This document shows, one piece after another, positions 24,588 to 36,959 of a DNA stretch of 64,000 bases; positions within the stretch are counted from its first letter, which is position 1; every line of letters starts with the position of its first letter. The stretch spans positions 186,001-250,000 of the forward strand of contig JAQGDQ010000169.1 in the NCBI GenBank assembly GCA_030141605.1, written 5' to 3'. Source of the DNA: Tubiluchus corallicola. Taxonomy: Eukaryota > Animalia > Priapulida. A model generated the notes under the pieces. The model had not been told where the DNA came from. It ran no database searches and was given only the letters and a program-made list of their open reading frames with translations. A program made the position numbers and the translations under genes.

Positions 24588-26267
24588 ATGGAGCCAAATA
24601 CTATTGTGGCAACACTCAGAAAGCTTGGCATTCGTGATAGTTGGAGAGCCTCAAAATACTACAAGCATGATCCTAATGTGCAGTATCAAAGTGGACGTGG
24701 CAAAGCTTCAACAAATATTAACAAGAAAGCAAAACAAAATGTGCCATCTTTGAAGAAAGGAAAAATAAGTGATGTGATGACTTCACTTGTTGAATGTAGA
24801 CTGGAATCAGAATCTTCTTTACTAGATGCGCTGTCAATTAGCAGTTTGACAGTTAAAAAACAACGTAAAAATTACTCTTCAGCTTGTCAACCTGTCCGAA
24901 GTGCCAACTTTAGTGCTTTAACAGAACATGTGGCTAAGCAACAAAAAATCAAACAAATAGCTGATATGCCAGGCGAAATAAAACAGGGAAAGGCTGTTTC
25001 ATCTTTAGAATTAAGTGCAAAAAAGATTAAGACAGCGGGGAAGCCAAGTAAGAGAAAAACTGTGTTGGAAAGTGTGTCAAATAAGTGTTCAAGTGAAAAG
25101 TTTAAATCTCTGATTCAGGAGCAACCAGAAGTGGGAAAATTAGTTCGTAAAGAAGAGACAGGAAGTATCAAGATGGAAAATCACATCAATCCAAGAGTAG
25201 ATGACATGCGAGCAGAAAATGTTCTAGAACAGTCAAGCAAACAAACTAGCATAACAACAAATGAGTCAATTAAAAAAAGTGAAGTAAATGATCAATTACA
25301 TACACATGTTACTTTAGACTTAAAAGAAGATTTGCTCGTAGCATCAGCAAAAGTAGATCATGTCGCACCTATTGAAAAACCTAATACAACCGGTATGAAA
25401 AATAGGCGAGCTAGTGTTTCCAGTTTCATGCGACCAATCAGAAAGTCAAGCGGTGTAGTTGCACCGTTTCTAGAATACAGAACACGAAGCATTGTCGCAC
25501 CATGGCCGCCAAAACGGCGCATGAGCATCGCAACACTGCAATCTATGAACCAAAGGCTGAGCAATGAACTTTGTCACAGCAATACTAGTTCCACTGCAGA
25601 AATCTTTAAAATTGCGAGAAAGAAATCCGTAGGAGTTGGCTCACTGGAAGCATTAGCCATACCAAAGAACAAACAGTTACAATACTTTCACAAACAAACA
25701 CCAACTGAAATAGTTATGAAAACGGAGGACAGCAAACCTCAACAGAATGATGAAGATATCGCCCATCCAGTTAACATGACGGATATTGAGCTTAAGATCT
25801 ACAAATTCCTCTCATCTTGTTCAAAAGGCTTAACTGCTCCAACACAAAAAAAGAAACCAAGCTCAGCTCCGCAGCACCAGCGTAAAAGGAGTAGAGTCTA
25901 TCATCAGCCAGTAGTGCATCACCTCGGCAAGTCTTGGTTACCTGTGCAAATGATGGCAACTTCAACTCAGACTAGTTTTGGTGAAATTACACTGGATGAC
26001 TTACAGCCAAAGTTACGACTGCCACCTTTTACGCTGCCCTCCATCTACAGTGGAATACCAACTCCAATTTCAAGAGTAATGAGCAAAGCAAGTGAGTCTC
26101 AGTTCGACGAGAAGAAATTTGTGAATTGGGAGGAACTGAAACAAACTCGTTACTTGAGACCACCTTCAAGACAGTTTTCTAAAGAGAAAACCAAGAGTGA
26201 GAGTGGTTCAGAATTCAATGTTAAGCAAGTCCATTTAACCAATACTTATGCAAATATTATGTTCTAG
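24588..26267 (+). CDS. Uncharacterised intronless K/S-rich, probably disordered protein (~559 aa from ATG 24588; frame open from 24510)
   Basis: A 1.7-kb stop-free frame in very AT-rich DNA is unlikely by chance, and no transposase or RT motif is visible. It carries RRxS-type sites and a C-terminal LRLPPFTLPSI ... WEELKQTRYLR block. Upstream exons, if any, were not identified. Confidence 0.75.
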   Translation: MEPNTIVATLRKLGIRDSWRASKYYKHDPNVQYQSGRGKASTNINKKAKQNVPSLKKGKISDVMTSLVECRLESESSLLDALSISSLTVKKQRKNYSSACQPVRSANFSALTEHVAKQQKIKQIADMPGEIKQGKAVSSLELSAKKIKTAGKPSKRKTVLESVSNKCSSEKFKSLIQEQPEVGKLVRKEETGSIKMENHINPRVDDMRAENVLEQSSKQTSITTNESIKKSEVNDQLHTHVTLDLKEDLLVASAKVDHVAPIEKPNTTGMKNRRASVSSFMRPIRKSSGVVAPFLEYRTRSIVAPWPPKRRMSIATLQSMNQRLSNELCHSNTSSTAEIFKIARKKSVGVGSLEALAIPKNKQLQYFHKQTPTEIVMKTEDSKPQQNDEDIAHPVNMTDIELKIYKFLSSCSKGLTAPTQKKKPSSAPQHQRKRSRVYHQPVVHHLGKSWLPVQMMATSTQTSFGEITLDDLQPKLRLPPFTLPSIYSGIPTPISRVMSKASESQFDEKKFVNWEELKQTRYLRPPSRQFSKEKTKSESGSEFNVKQVHLTNTYANIMF

Positions 26268-27162
26268 ATGCCCCATATGATTTGTTAGACGTCTAGTATA
26301 TTTTTAATTAAAAATGACATTTGCACAGACACTGAAATTATTCAGCCAGTTTATTTAGAATATCACAAGTGACATCACATTTTTCGTATTCGTAGTTGTT
26401 ATTTGAAATGTATCGATTTGTTTGTAGTGGTCAGCATAGAGGAACAAAGTACTAGTTTCCGATATGGTGTAAAACTAATTTAGTTAAACCAGTTCGAGTA
26501 TTGCATTGAGGGAGACTTAAGTATGATATTTCTAATGTGAAACGAATTTGATTGGCCAAGTAGTTTTATGTAATCTAACAAATATAATAGTCTATAAATG
26601 AAGATTATATGCTAGTTTTTCTTAGAAAATTTTTTTATTATCGTCCATAATCATGTGAACGCTGCTGCATGTCAAATAATTGTCTGACACTTCTTAATTC
26701 AATTCGATAATCATCTGGCTTTTCATAACAGCCTGTCACAAAACACAAAGTTATAATTAATATTTCTTAGTTTGACTTTAGCTGTATTGTTTACTAGATA
26801 CAGAATAATGCAAGCAACTCAGTAATGACTAATAACAAATTCTTTCTAATAGAATCCTGAAATCCTGACAGTGAAATGTTAAAGAAATACTATATCTGGA
26901 ATTGAACAGTACAACAGTATATTTGAAATAAAAAAACTGTGCTTAACGCACAATTATATATCCAGTACTGGTTCTCTGACTAATCACTGCCCCTCTCCAT
27001 ATGGCTGAACACACAGCCAAACTCATTTTTTTTACTTCTACCTAAAATTCTGCACATGAGAAGAAAGCTTGTACTACCTTACTAAATTCTCATTTCTTGA
27101 CATTTTGAAAAAAACGATTAAAAGCAGAATTGTAAAACAAAGGAAAAAGTTCCTAGTGTAAT

Positions 27163-30100
27163 TTAACTAATACTTTTCGACATTTTCTTTTTTTTGTGTT
27201 TTTTCATACTATCATGTGTGTCATCGAACGCAGCAGTTTCACTGACATTTAAACGTTCCAGCTCTTTCTTTTTCTTCTTTGATGAACTGATGTCATCATT
27301 TTGGCTCATGTCTAATGTAGACATTGCAGACTGGCTGACATCCAAGGATTTATCGTTTTTCTTTTTCTTCTTTTTAGCTTTCACCTGATCATTAGTTTCA
27401 CTCTGATTCAGAGAGACATTCTCGGCAACTTGGCTAACCTCTAAGGACTCATCGTGTTTCTTTCTCTTCTTTTTAGGTTTTGATTCATCAGCAATTTCAC
27501 TTTGAATCAGAGACACATTCTGGGCAGCTTCACTACCATCCAATGATATATCATGCTTCTTTTTCTTCTTTTTGGAAGATTTCGTCTGACCTCCAGTCAG
27601 GCTCTGATTCAAAACTGTACTGCCAGTGTTATCATTCATATGTTCATCCTGAGTATCATTTAGTTGACTCTCATCCATAGTTGAGTGTTCAACCTTATGC
27701 TTCTTGTGTTTCTTTTTCTCTACATCTGCAGTTATATCAGAAGCATCTTCTCTTTCAGAAGCTTTTCGTTTCTTTTCTTTCTTCTTTTCCTTCTTCTTCT
27801 TTCTTTGTTCTTTCTGAACCTGAAACATTAGATAACAAGGTCATTCCATTTATGGACTAGTGATGCACGAAATAAATAAAATAATTTTGTTCTAGAATAA
27901 GTACTGTAAAGAAAGCAGACATTTTCCAAACCTTTTATTTAGGATAACTTAGACTGCAAAATAAGTACCACATTTCTCATTTCTTGATATTGTCTTTGTA
28001 CTGTGTGATTACAATACAAAAACAACTAAGCATTTTTTATTGCAAAAATAACATGTGCACAATCAGTTACTTTTAAAAACTATTTTAAGCATAAAATAAA
28101 AAAATGTATATATAAGTATTTGGTATGAAGTCATACTGCTTCAGTAGCTTCTTTCATAACATCCAGGTTTTTCCGAGGAACTTCCCCACTTTCATAAAAT
28201 TTCAGCCTATCTTCCACTTGCTGTTTCAACATGTCACCATATATATGTGTCTGCGTCTCTGAAAATGTACAAAGAACTTGAAATATGCACTCCTTGCTGT
28301 CTCATCATCAGTCAGCCAAATGAGACAAGGAACTAACTTGCAACTTATAACACATTTAGAGCAGGTTTTTCTTGCCTAACTCCTAGTGAAACAGAGAGCC
28401 AGCAAACTTCTAATAACAGGGCATAAATGGTATCAAACATTTGCTTTGCTTTTAAACTGGGAAAACCTGAAGAAAGAATACAAACAAGCTGCTGGCAGAG
28501 AGTTTCATAGAACTCATGTTTGAGAGAAGATATGACTGCTAGGATGAGTGATTGTTTTTACACAATTTGGCACACTGCAGCCAGACTCCAGCATTCAATG
28601 ACAGAATCTACTCAGTTTGTGGCGAAACAGGAATTTGAATCAAGGCTGTCACCAAGAAGGGCCAGAGGTATCTGTTAAAAACATTTGTGTGTGAATACAT
28701 TCTGCCATTATGAGCGGATAACTGGAATTAAGTATGACAAATGAAGCTGCTCAGACCATGTCGAAGCAGTTCACTTGTCCATTAACTGATCAGCCTATAG
28801 ATGTCAAGAGATACAGCAAATAGGGTTTACGATTAATGTATCTAGTTTCCAGATAGACAAGTTTTTGTGTGGATCAACATGCATTTTTGTTGCACAAAAG
28901 ACGTGAATAAATACTACTGATTCTCTGAGACTTCACATATATTTATTTATGGATTTATTTATTTATATAATACGCTACTTTCTCGAAAACTGCTCAACTG
29001 TTTACTAAACAAACTCTCTCGATTTCCCTTGGTCTCACAAGGGATTATTTTTCAATTCGGTATGTCTGTGAGGAACCATGGGCAAAACAACCTCCAAAAA
29101 TTGGCTTTTTCCTGTCTCTGCAAAACATGTAAAACAGAGATCTGAAAAACAGGATAAATGGAGTGGAGTGCTATACAAGTATACATTATTAGAAAGAGCA
29201 TTCCGCAGAAAGTGTAACAGGCAATTTGGTTTCCCAATGCCCACTGCGATGAGCATTTTTCTAAACACATCCACCGAATTTTTCTGAAACTTTAACCAGG
29301 CACCGTGTAGAAAATTCATTGCGGAGAATCTTCACGGGAGTCTTGGAGAATAATCTATAATGCACAAGAACGAAATGAAGCCTACAAGGCGGATATAATG
29401 TAACGATAAAAACAATGATTTTTTTTTCAGACTAGCACAAGTCTCTTAACAAGTGCCACCGTTCAGGAACTATATATCACAAAAGAGTAAAGTTATAGTG
29501 TTCAAACTCAGTTATTTCTAAGATTACATCAGTATTTCATGCAGAAAATCTCTGCATAAAACCGTCGAGCGAGTTTCTTTTCTAAGTTACCACTGCTAGC
29601 TGTGATTCATTGTGTCATCTACTGAAAACTGAGTGTGCTTGACTGCGTAGCAAAACTCGACCTTTGGTGCCTCTGCAGGTGGAAAACACGATTGGTTTTT
29701 ATCCGTTTAAGCTTAGCGTGGGTTATTTTTTTAAAACTTTGTTTGTTTTTGCTTGGTTCACATTAAACTCTCATTACTTTTTCTGAATCTACCTCTACAA
29801 ACCCACATTAGGCCCGTAAATAAAATCACGGGGTGGTAAAATCCCTCGTAATAAGAAAGTTCTTGTAATATTAGAGCTCACTGTAAGCAAGGTGTAAATA
29901 AAATACATAAATAATATATATATAAGGCATAAATACATATATTAGTTAAGTCTAAGATTTGGCAGGACTTTAAACTTTCCTTGTAATAACCAGAGGCTCA
30001 TTATAACAGGCCCCGTTGTAAGTAAGTGGCTTATACTGTATTGCATAATCTAACGTATTTTAACATTAAACTATACCTGAGAAACAGTCAATCCTAGAAG

Positions 30101-33100
30101 CAACTGAACATTTGTTGGCTAAATAACGGGAAATGCGACCCTTGTTTTTAGCTCCTGCTCGACCAATAAATGTGGAATGGAAAATAAGACCATATTTGGG
30201 GGTATTACCTCGTGTCTTCAAAGCTCTACAAAAAAAATAATTCAGTTAATCTATAATAGTCTATCATTATAATTTATCATATAATCTAAATATTTAATCT
30301 ATAATATAAAGATTTTATATATATCTTTATCTATTTAACGTGGATTGACATAATAATTTATTTGATATTTTAATACGTGCAAATGAAACATTTACAAGCA
30401 AAAATAAAATATTACAAAAAAAACATATCACTAATGATTTAAAGACAAATGTGGCAAACAGAATTATACACATCGAAAATACGTGTATATAAATTAAACA
30501 TGTCAGGTTAAATACCAATTAATATAATGCTCACTGGAAAGCATAGTTAAAGTGACTTTCTAAATGCATCAGTGTTTGCAAAGCCCCTGACTTTCACTCA
30601 ATAGCTTATTTGCAGCAGCATGGAAAGAGTAATTATCATGAGTAACAAGATAAAACAGATGATTAGCAAGGGGTATGATTAACTCTTGAGCGGATAGTAA
30701 CTTTGGAAAGTTTGAATAATAACTCATAGCCATGCCAGGCGAGCAGTTAGCTTAATGTTGTGGTTAGCTATTTACAAAAAAATCAAATAATCTGAGGTTC
30801 AGAACACGACTGATTTTTTTCAATCTGTAAAAACTCACCGAAATAGTGCTTTCTCAGCACCCAGAATTTGGACTGTAGATGCAGGATACTTTGCCAAATT
30901 AGTTAAACTACCAGCACGAGATATTAATCTTGCACCAACCTACAAAATTCATTTTTATATTTAGGGAAACAGCTCACTATTAAATTGCTTGGAATATGAA
31001 CTATGTTCAAGTATAGAAGAATCAAACAAAAAACCAAAATTACCTCTGAACACTATATAATATTATAAAGACTTTCTAAAGAGAAACTTCTACATTGTAA
31101 AAACACATTCTGTATTCTGCAATCCTGCAAGCACACAATGCAGAAAGGAGGAAATCAGTAGAAGCTTCCTAGCAACCTACTGCTGAATTTCTTTTCAGTA
31201 AGCTTCTTTTTAAAAATAGTCTGTCTAATAGCAATGCCTTAAGGAGCGTTTAAATTTTACAAGATAATGGAAAAGTATATTATAACAGCACCCATTAACA
31301 AAAATTAAACACTACCAGACAATAAAAAAAGTTAAAAAATTGTTCTGTCACAGTTTAGAGCATAAGTTGCTGACAAAAAATTCAACAAATTTAAAATGAC
31401 ATACTGATTCACCAATCAGGTGTGAAAGGTTAGGTGCTACGCTGTTCATGCGACTAATGAGATAATTGTGCAGTTCCTTTCGATACTCTGCAAGTGAGAT
31501 AACTCTTGTGGCAAACCTCTCTATGTTGATAAGGTCCAGTGGAGATATATCCATACCTGAAAATATATCTGCAAAATGTAATGAAGCCATGCCTTTTATA
31601 GGAAATGATGTATAATTGATTTCAGAATGAATATTGTGAATCACCACAGTAAGAGTCAAACTCTCCTAGTTGAACTAAAAGTTAAAAGTTTACTGAATAA
31701 ACAGGTGTGACTTTGACCCAACAAGTCTTCAGAATGACATTCATTAATTGTGAAGGGATCTTATTCAAAGCTTGAAACTCATTAAGATGGAGGTGGGCCT
31801 GCTTGGCTCATCAGAAATGTTGAAGCATAGTAGAAAGGTTTATAAACATTCCACCTCAACAGCATTTCTCAGCAGCCGGAAGCAAATCTGAAACATACCC
31901 ATAGAAGATCTACTGGCATCCAGGATCGCTTGAGCTTTACTGCTGTCCATCACTATTTCTTCCAAATTTTCCATATGGTCTTCTGAAAGTTCCTTACGGT
32001 TCTTGATAAATCTTACTACCTTGGCATACAAGTAGTTGTCACTAACGATCTTGATCAGCTCAGGAAAATGATAAGAATACCATTCTCTAAAAAAATGCAT
32101 ACTCCAGAATGTAGTAGAAAAATGAAATGAAATGTAGATGCACTGTATCATTTAGGCTGTTTAGGCAGGAGATTAAAATTTTTTTATTTATTTTTATAAG
32201 CAAAACATATATGAGAGTACTGAAATCTCAGACGGTGTTTGACCAGTTATAACTCGGTAAACCTATAGGACGCCAAACTCTGTGACAACTTTTAAATTTT
32301 ACAAGGCATGACGTTACACATAATGATATAAAACTGTAATAAAATTGACAGATAAAAGTGTCATTTGCAGTTCAGCTTATGCACAACTATATACATAATA
32401 AGTAGCTCCTGCTGCTGAGTGTTGGACCTTGTAGTGCCAAACTGTAAAAAATAAACTGTATGGCAAAATAAATTAAGATGGTCAGCGGTCATTAGACTGA
32501 AAATGATGCAAGACGGTTGCCCATTCACACCACAACTTTCACATATTATGCTTGACGTAGGAAGATCCACATAGAAATGTAGAAAACAGCCACCATAATA
32601 AAGCTGATGTTTATTAACACCTGAAACTGATGTTATGTAATGCGAGGCTCAACATAACAGTTGTAAGTAATGCTGGCATCACTTTTGCTTTAGAATGCCA
32701 AGTGTGGTTCTGTTTTTATTTAGCATCCCATAAACGGCAAGTTGTTTACATCATTAATTTCCAAATTCTCTTGTGAATAAAACGATTCTTGTATAGCATT
32801 CTCACATGTTTTTAGCAAAACACACAAAAAAGTAAATATGACAAATAATTGGATTTAAAACAGAACAGGTGAGGGCTGCTTGATTCAAGGAAAATTATTA
32901 AGCTAATCGAGTTATAATTTTAACAGGTCAATTTACCGTATTCTCATTGCAAATGTATTTATATCTTTGTCAAGCTGGTCTAGCAGACTGATAGCTTGTA
33001 TTATCATATTGTCCACCCGGTGTACATTAAACTTGACTTTACTTCTTGAGTAGCTGTGACCAAGACCCAGTTGAGCTTTAGACGAGGTTTGCTCTGTTAG

Positions 33101-36100
33101 TCCCTTCACAAGAGTACCAAAATGCAACCGAATTCCTGCAAAAGCAGCAAATACATGAATTATAGAATTTATTTTTACTGGCTGGTAAATTTATACTAAG
33201 TGTATATTAAGCAGTTGAAGAGATATATATTCTACACAGGTACTATGGAAAAGTGATGCAAAGCTTACGACTTTCAAAGTTACTGCCTGTATGAGGAGAA
33301 TCTCCCATCTCGAAAAGCTAATCCGACTGACCTGTATGATGAGATTCTAATGTCACGCTTAATATGCAAATTAACTGATGCTTACGACAGTAGTAGTAAC
33401 TCTTGTGCAATTGAAGAATAAGCTTTTGAAAAAAAAAAGGATGGTGGTGTCCTCTGTTGTCTAAAAAGGCAATATACAAGCTACAAAAAAATCTAGTGCA
33501 AACCTCGCAAAAAATACTGCCATTTGCTGAATGCTGGCGTCTTCCTATGCTGTGATGCTGCTTTCTGTGTAGCCTTTTTTGTTTTTTAACGATTTTTGTC
33601 TATTCAAGTTGCTCAGAAAAGTTACAGTGTAAAATAAATTAGAAACCACAATGCCAGATTCGGCATCGAGTCATCAGGCGATGGTAAGTGAAGCCAATCC
33701 ATACATGCAATTAGATATGGGTGGTTCAACTTCGTATGGTTGATATTTTATGTACATGCAGGATAAAGATTCTAGCTATAGGCCTGTCTATGCCTTCATT
33801 TCTACACTAGAACGGCTATTGCTTATTCCCGTGTTTGAGGCATGAACTGCTGCACTTACGTGTTTAAAAAGTAGTTGTTTGAGACAGCGGCAGCAGCAGT
33901 GATGGTGGTGGAAGGCACACCAGGTATGATGGCAGCAACCACAGTAGTGACAGTCTATGTGGTAGAAGTGGATGTGATGTAGTTGCAGCTATACTAGTGA
34001 TAACATTGCAGTGACAATAGCAATAGCGACTTTTCATTTTCTTAAAATAATCCCATGTGTCAGCAAGAATATGAATTGCACGACAGTGAAGAGGTTAAAC
34101 TATAACATGACAGCACCTCTTATTATTAAGGCGGTTCATTCCAACAAACTGTCATGCTTCCCACAGAACATTCACAAGCATACCGGTTACCACAATTTAA
34201 GCATTAATGACTAACAGTTAGTAACAGCCCTCATAGGACTTTCTTAAGAAGATGTTGCTCAGGTAATGACTATCAATGAAATGCACATCACAGATGAAAC
34301 TAGATCAGAATAACCGGCATGAGAGTCAAACATACAATTCATAAACTACAATGAACCAAAAATCTAACCTACCTAAGAAGCCCAAGAAGTTTCTCATGAG
34401 ATAACAATGTGATTGTTTGCAGTTAACTTCAATTACTATATACACAATCACAGTAAATGCATGAATCAGCAACACTGAAAAACTACTATACCTCTGAGGA
34501 TTTCAGGCACAACTCCAGTGTGTAGACAGGTGATTCCAAGCTCTTCACTTATTGCTGCTGTAAGTTTGGCATCGGACATACCAAGAGGAGCACTCTTTTT
34601 ACTGCCTGTCTTCGGGACATTTGTCTCAAGAAACACCCGCAAATCTTCGTGCAGCACCCCTAGTATTTGGTAAAAATGACAGTAGATTAAATCTTTACTA
34701 AAGTAAATGAGATTCAGTACAACTGATCAAAAGCAAACGAACTCAAGGCCCCTAAATAACATTTTTCAAATTTTTTTTAAATGTTTATGTAGCAAAACAT
34801 CTAACATAAAGCTGCAATTTGTGTAAATTAAAATATCTTACTACACAAAAAATGCTTCTTCTGCACGAAAAAATTTCTTTGATGTTAGGACTACAACAAA
34901 TGTGAGACATATTATAAGCAAAAAAAAGAAAGAAAAGCAAAAATTTTTGAATAAAGAATTGTTCATTACTTTCCTTGAAAGATAAAAATGTGCAATTTAG
35001 GAAAGAATGCCAGACATAAAAAATAACAACTACCTAACAGCTGTAGGTATTTATGATCGAAACACTGGCTGTTGATGGCCTTACCTTCAGATATACTGTT
35101 CATATTTTCCAAAGCATTTGTTCCACTCTTAAATGGAGAAAATGCTACCAATTTTACAAAAGAATTGAATTTTGATAAATCATCTACAGTTGCTTCTACA
35201 GAGGCTAGATTCATGCCAATTTCTTCCATTTCCTTTACGCGAAACAATGCATAACCTGCTGCATGTTCAAATAATGTGTACAGACGAGCCTAAAAATAAC
35301 AAAGTCACAGTTATAATGGCTTATGAGTACCCATCATACAATGTCACATATAGGTCACGGTGAATATTTTTATAAGCGCATTTTAGTTAAAAGAGCTTTT
35401 CACAACTTACAAAAAAATGTTAACTAGTTCCCTTTATTCTTTCACACAAATATATTTGTGAAGTTTCCAAGAATGAGACATGAGAATCGTTAGCAGGGAG
35501 CCAAATCTGTTGTTAATCTACTGAATAACATAAGAAAGTTATCATCAGCAATCACTTTAGCAGCTATGTGAATAATATGTATTATCCGGTTTAATGCAAC
35601 AGTAGTAAATCATATTGTGTACTTGAATACATTTCAATGGATGTCTGTGTGGGAAACGCTTTAGTGTAGTACTCTTGGTACTCACTACACAAAAAGATTC
35701 TCTTGTTTTTTTTTGGGTCGACAGAAAATTAATAAACAATTTTTTAATATTTACATACTAAGCTAATACTTTATAAAGAAGACTGAATATGATCTCTAAT
35801 GGATGATTTCAATGTTTTGGTACACCTAACAAACAATATTCTGTGACTATGAAATATGAAATACTTTAGAATATGTTTAAATGTGGAGTTTGTTGAGAAA
35901 GCATTAAAACATAAATGAATCAAGTATTTATCCAGCATGATCTTTAAACAAAATTTAACATGTTTTATAACAACTTTGCTGCATCACATTTCATACTAGT
36001 AGCCTGAGCGATATTACCATTAAATACTAAAATCCACTGTGTTCTAATGGCATATTAGCATTCAATGAAATTCTACATAAAACATACTGTAGTTACTTAC

Positions 36101-36103
36101 CAT
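27163..36103 (-). CDS. NOP56: Nucleolar protein 56 (box C/D snoRNP core protein), 10 coding exons, ~647 aa
   Basis: Exons on the minus strand: ATG 36103-36101 followed by GTAAGT, 35289-35085, 34659-34492, 33135-32937, 32086-31899, 31556-31405, 30939-30839, 30225-30077, 28258-28137, 27819-27163. Motifs: [131 protein letters not shown], and a Lys-rich tail. The [13 protein letters not shown] and [10 protein letters not shown] variants indicate NOP56 rather than NOP58. Confidence 0.96.
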
Positions 36104-36959
36104 AATGATTACATGTGTCTTGTTACCAGCTAAGAAATTCTACTCAAAAATCTGAAAAACAATTAAGAAATTTTTTTACGTTAAAAGCAAAATTTATGCT
36201 GTTAAGCTACATACAAAGCAATGAGATTACTGACCAGCACATATTGGCTACCACTTGTCATACATTTTTTTATTGACATCCTTTAAAATTGTCTCAACAT
36301 CTTCATTACTTTTTTGTTTTGTATTTTTTTAAATAATTTGTACTGTTTCCTCAAGCAACCTTGTCAGTGTGAGTAATTAACGTAAGTTTGTCTTGCACTT
36401 TCATGTAATAAGTCAATATCATTCAAGCTGTATCACAGTATGACGTCAGGTGGACTTAAAAAATCCTGAATGAGAATATTTTCTTGATACAATGTAGGCC
36501 TACAATATAAGAAAATGTCTAAAAATTTCTAGACATATTTGTGCTAGAGTACTAAAAAAAGTACGAAAATCCAGCTACAATTTTTAATACAATTTACAAA
36601 ATTACAATGTGCATTGCAGAACAGAACATACTTAAATCCATTCATCATTTTAAATAATTATAAATTCTGTTCTGCATAAACATATTGAAAATTTTAATTT
36701 TAAGCTTGTTTTGATGTTGAAACATTGAGATCAGAAATACATCTTGTCGCTATTTATGTGGGTGCTAGATCTGTTGGTGTTTTTTCTTTTCTGGATCAAA
36801 TGTTTACCAAATCAGGCAGAACTGTAGAATTTAAATGCACTTATCCCTAACAAACAGAGATGCACAGCACATCAATTTTTCACATCTTAACCTTTCTGGG
36901 CTATTATTCATTTCTATGTCTGTAGGAGTGTAGGTTATTGCTATCATTACTTTTCAATG

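Noticed and set aside
31100-31210. Two hairpins followed by ACA on the NOP56 sense strand
   Set aside because: There is no ANANNA hinge between the hairpins and they are too short for an H/ACA RNA.
33285-33380. ATGATGA...CTGA pair and an AGAATCTC/GAGATTCT hairpin
   Set aside because: The boxes are on the strand antisense to NOP56 and too close together; a short local duplication explains them better.
33613-33677. Box C/D-like pair in a NOP56 intron with a match to 28S rRNA TCAGAAAAGTTAC
   Set aside because: Four of the 13 matching bases are the D box itself, leaving a 9-nt guide. The terminal stem is out of register, and I know of no methylation at the predicted G.
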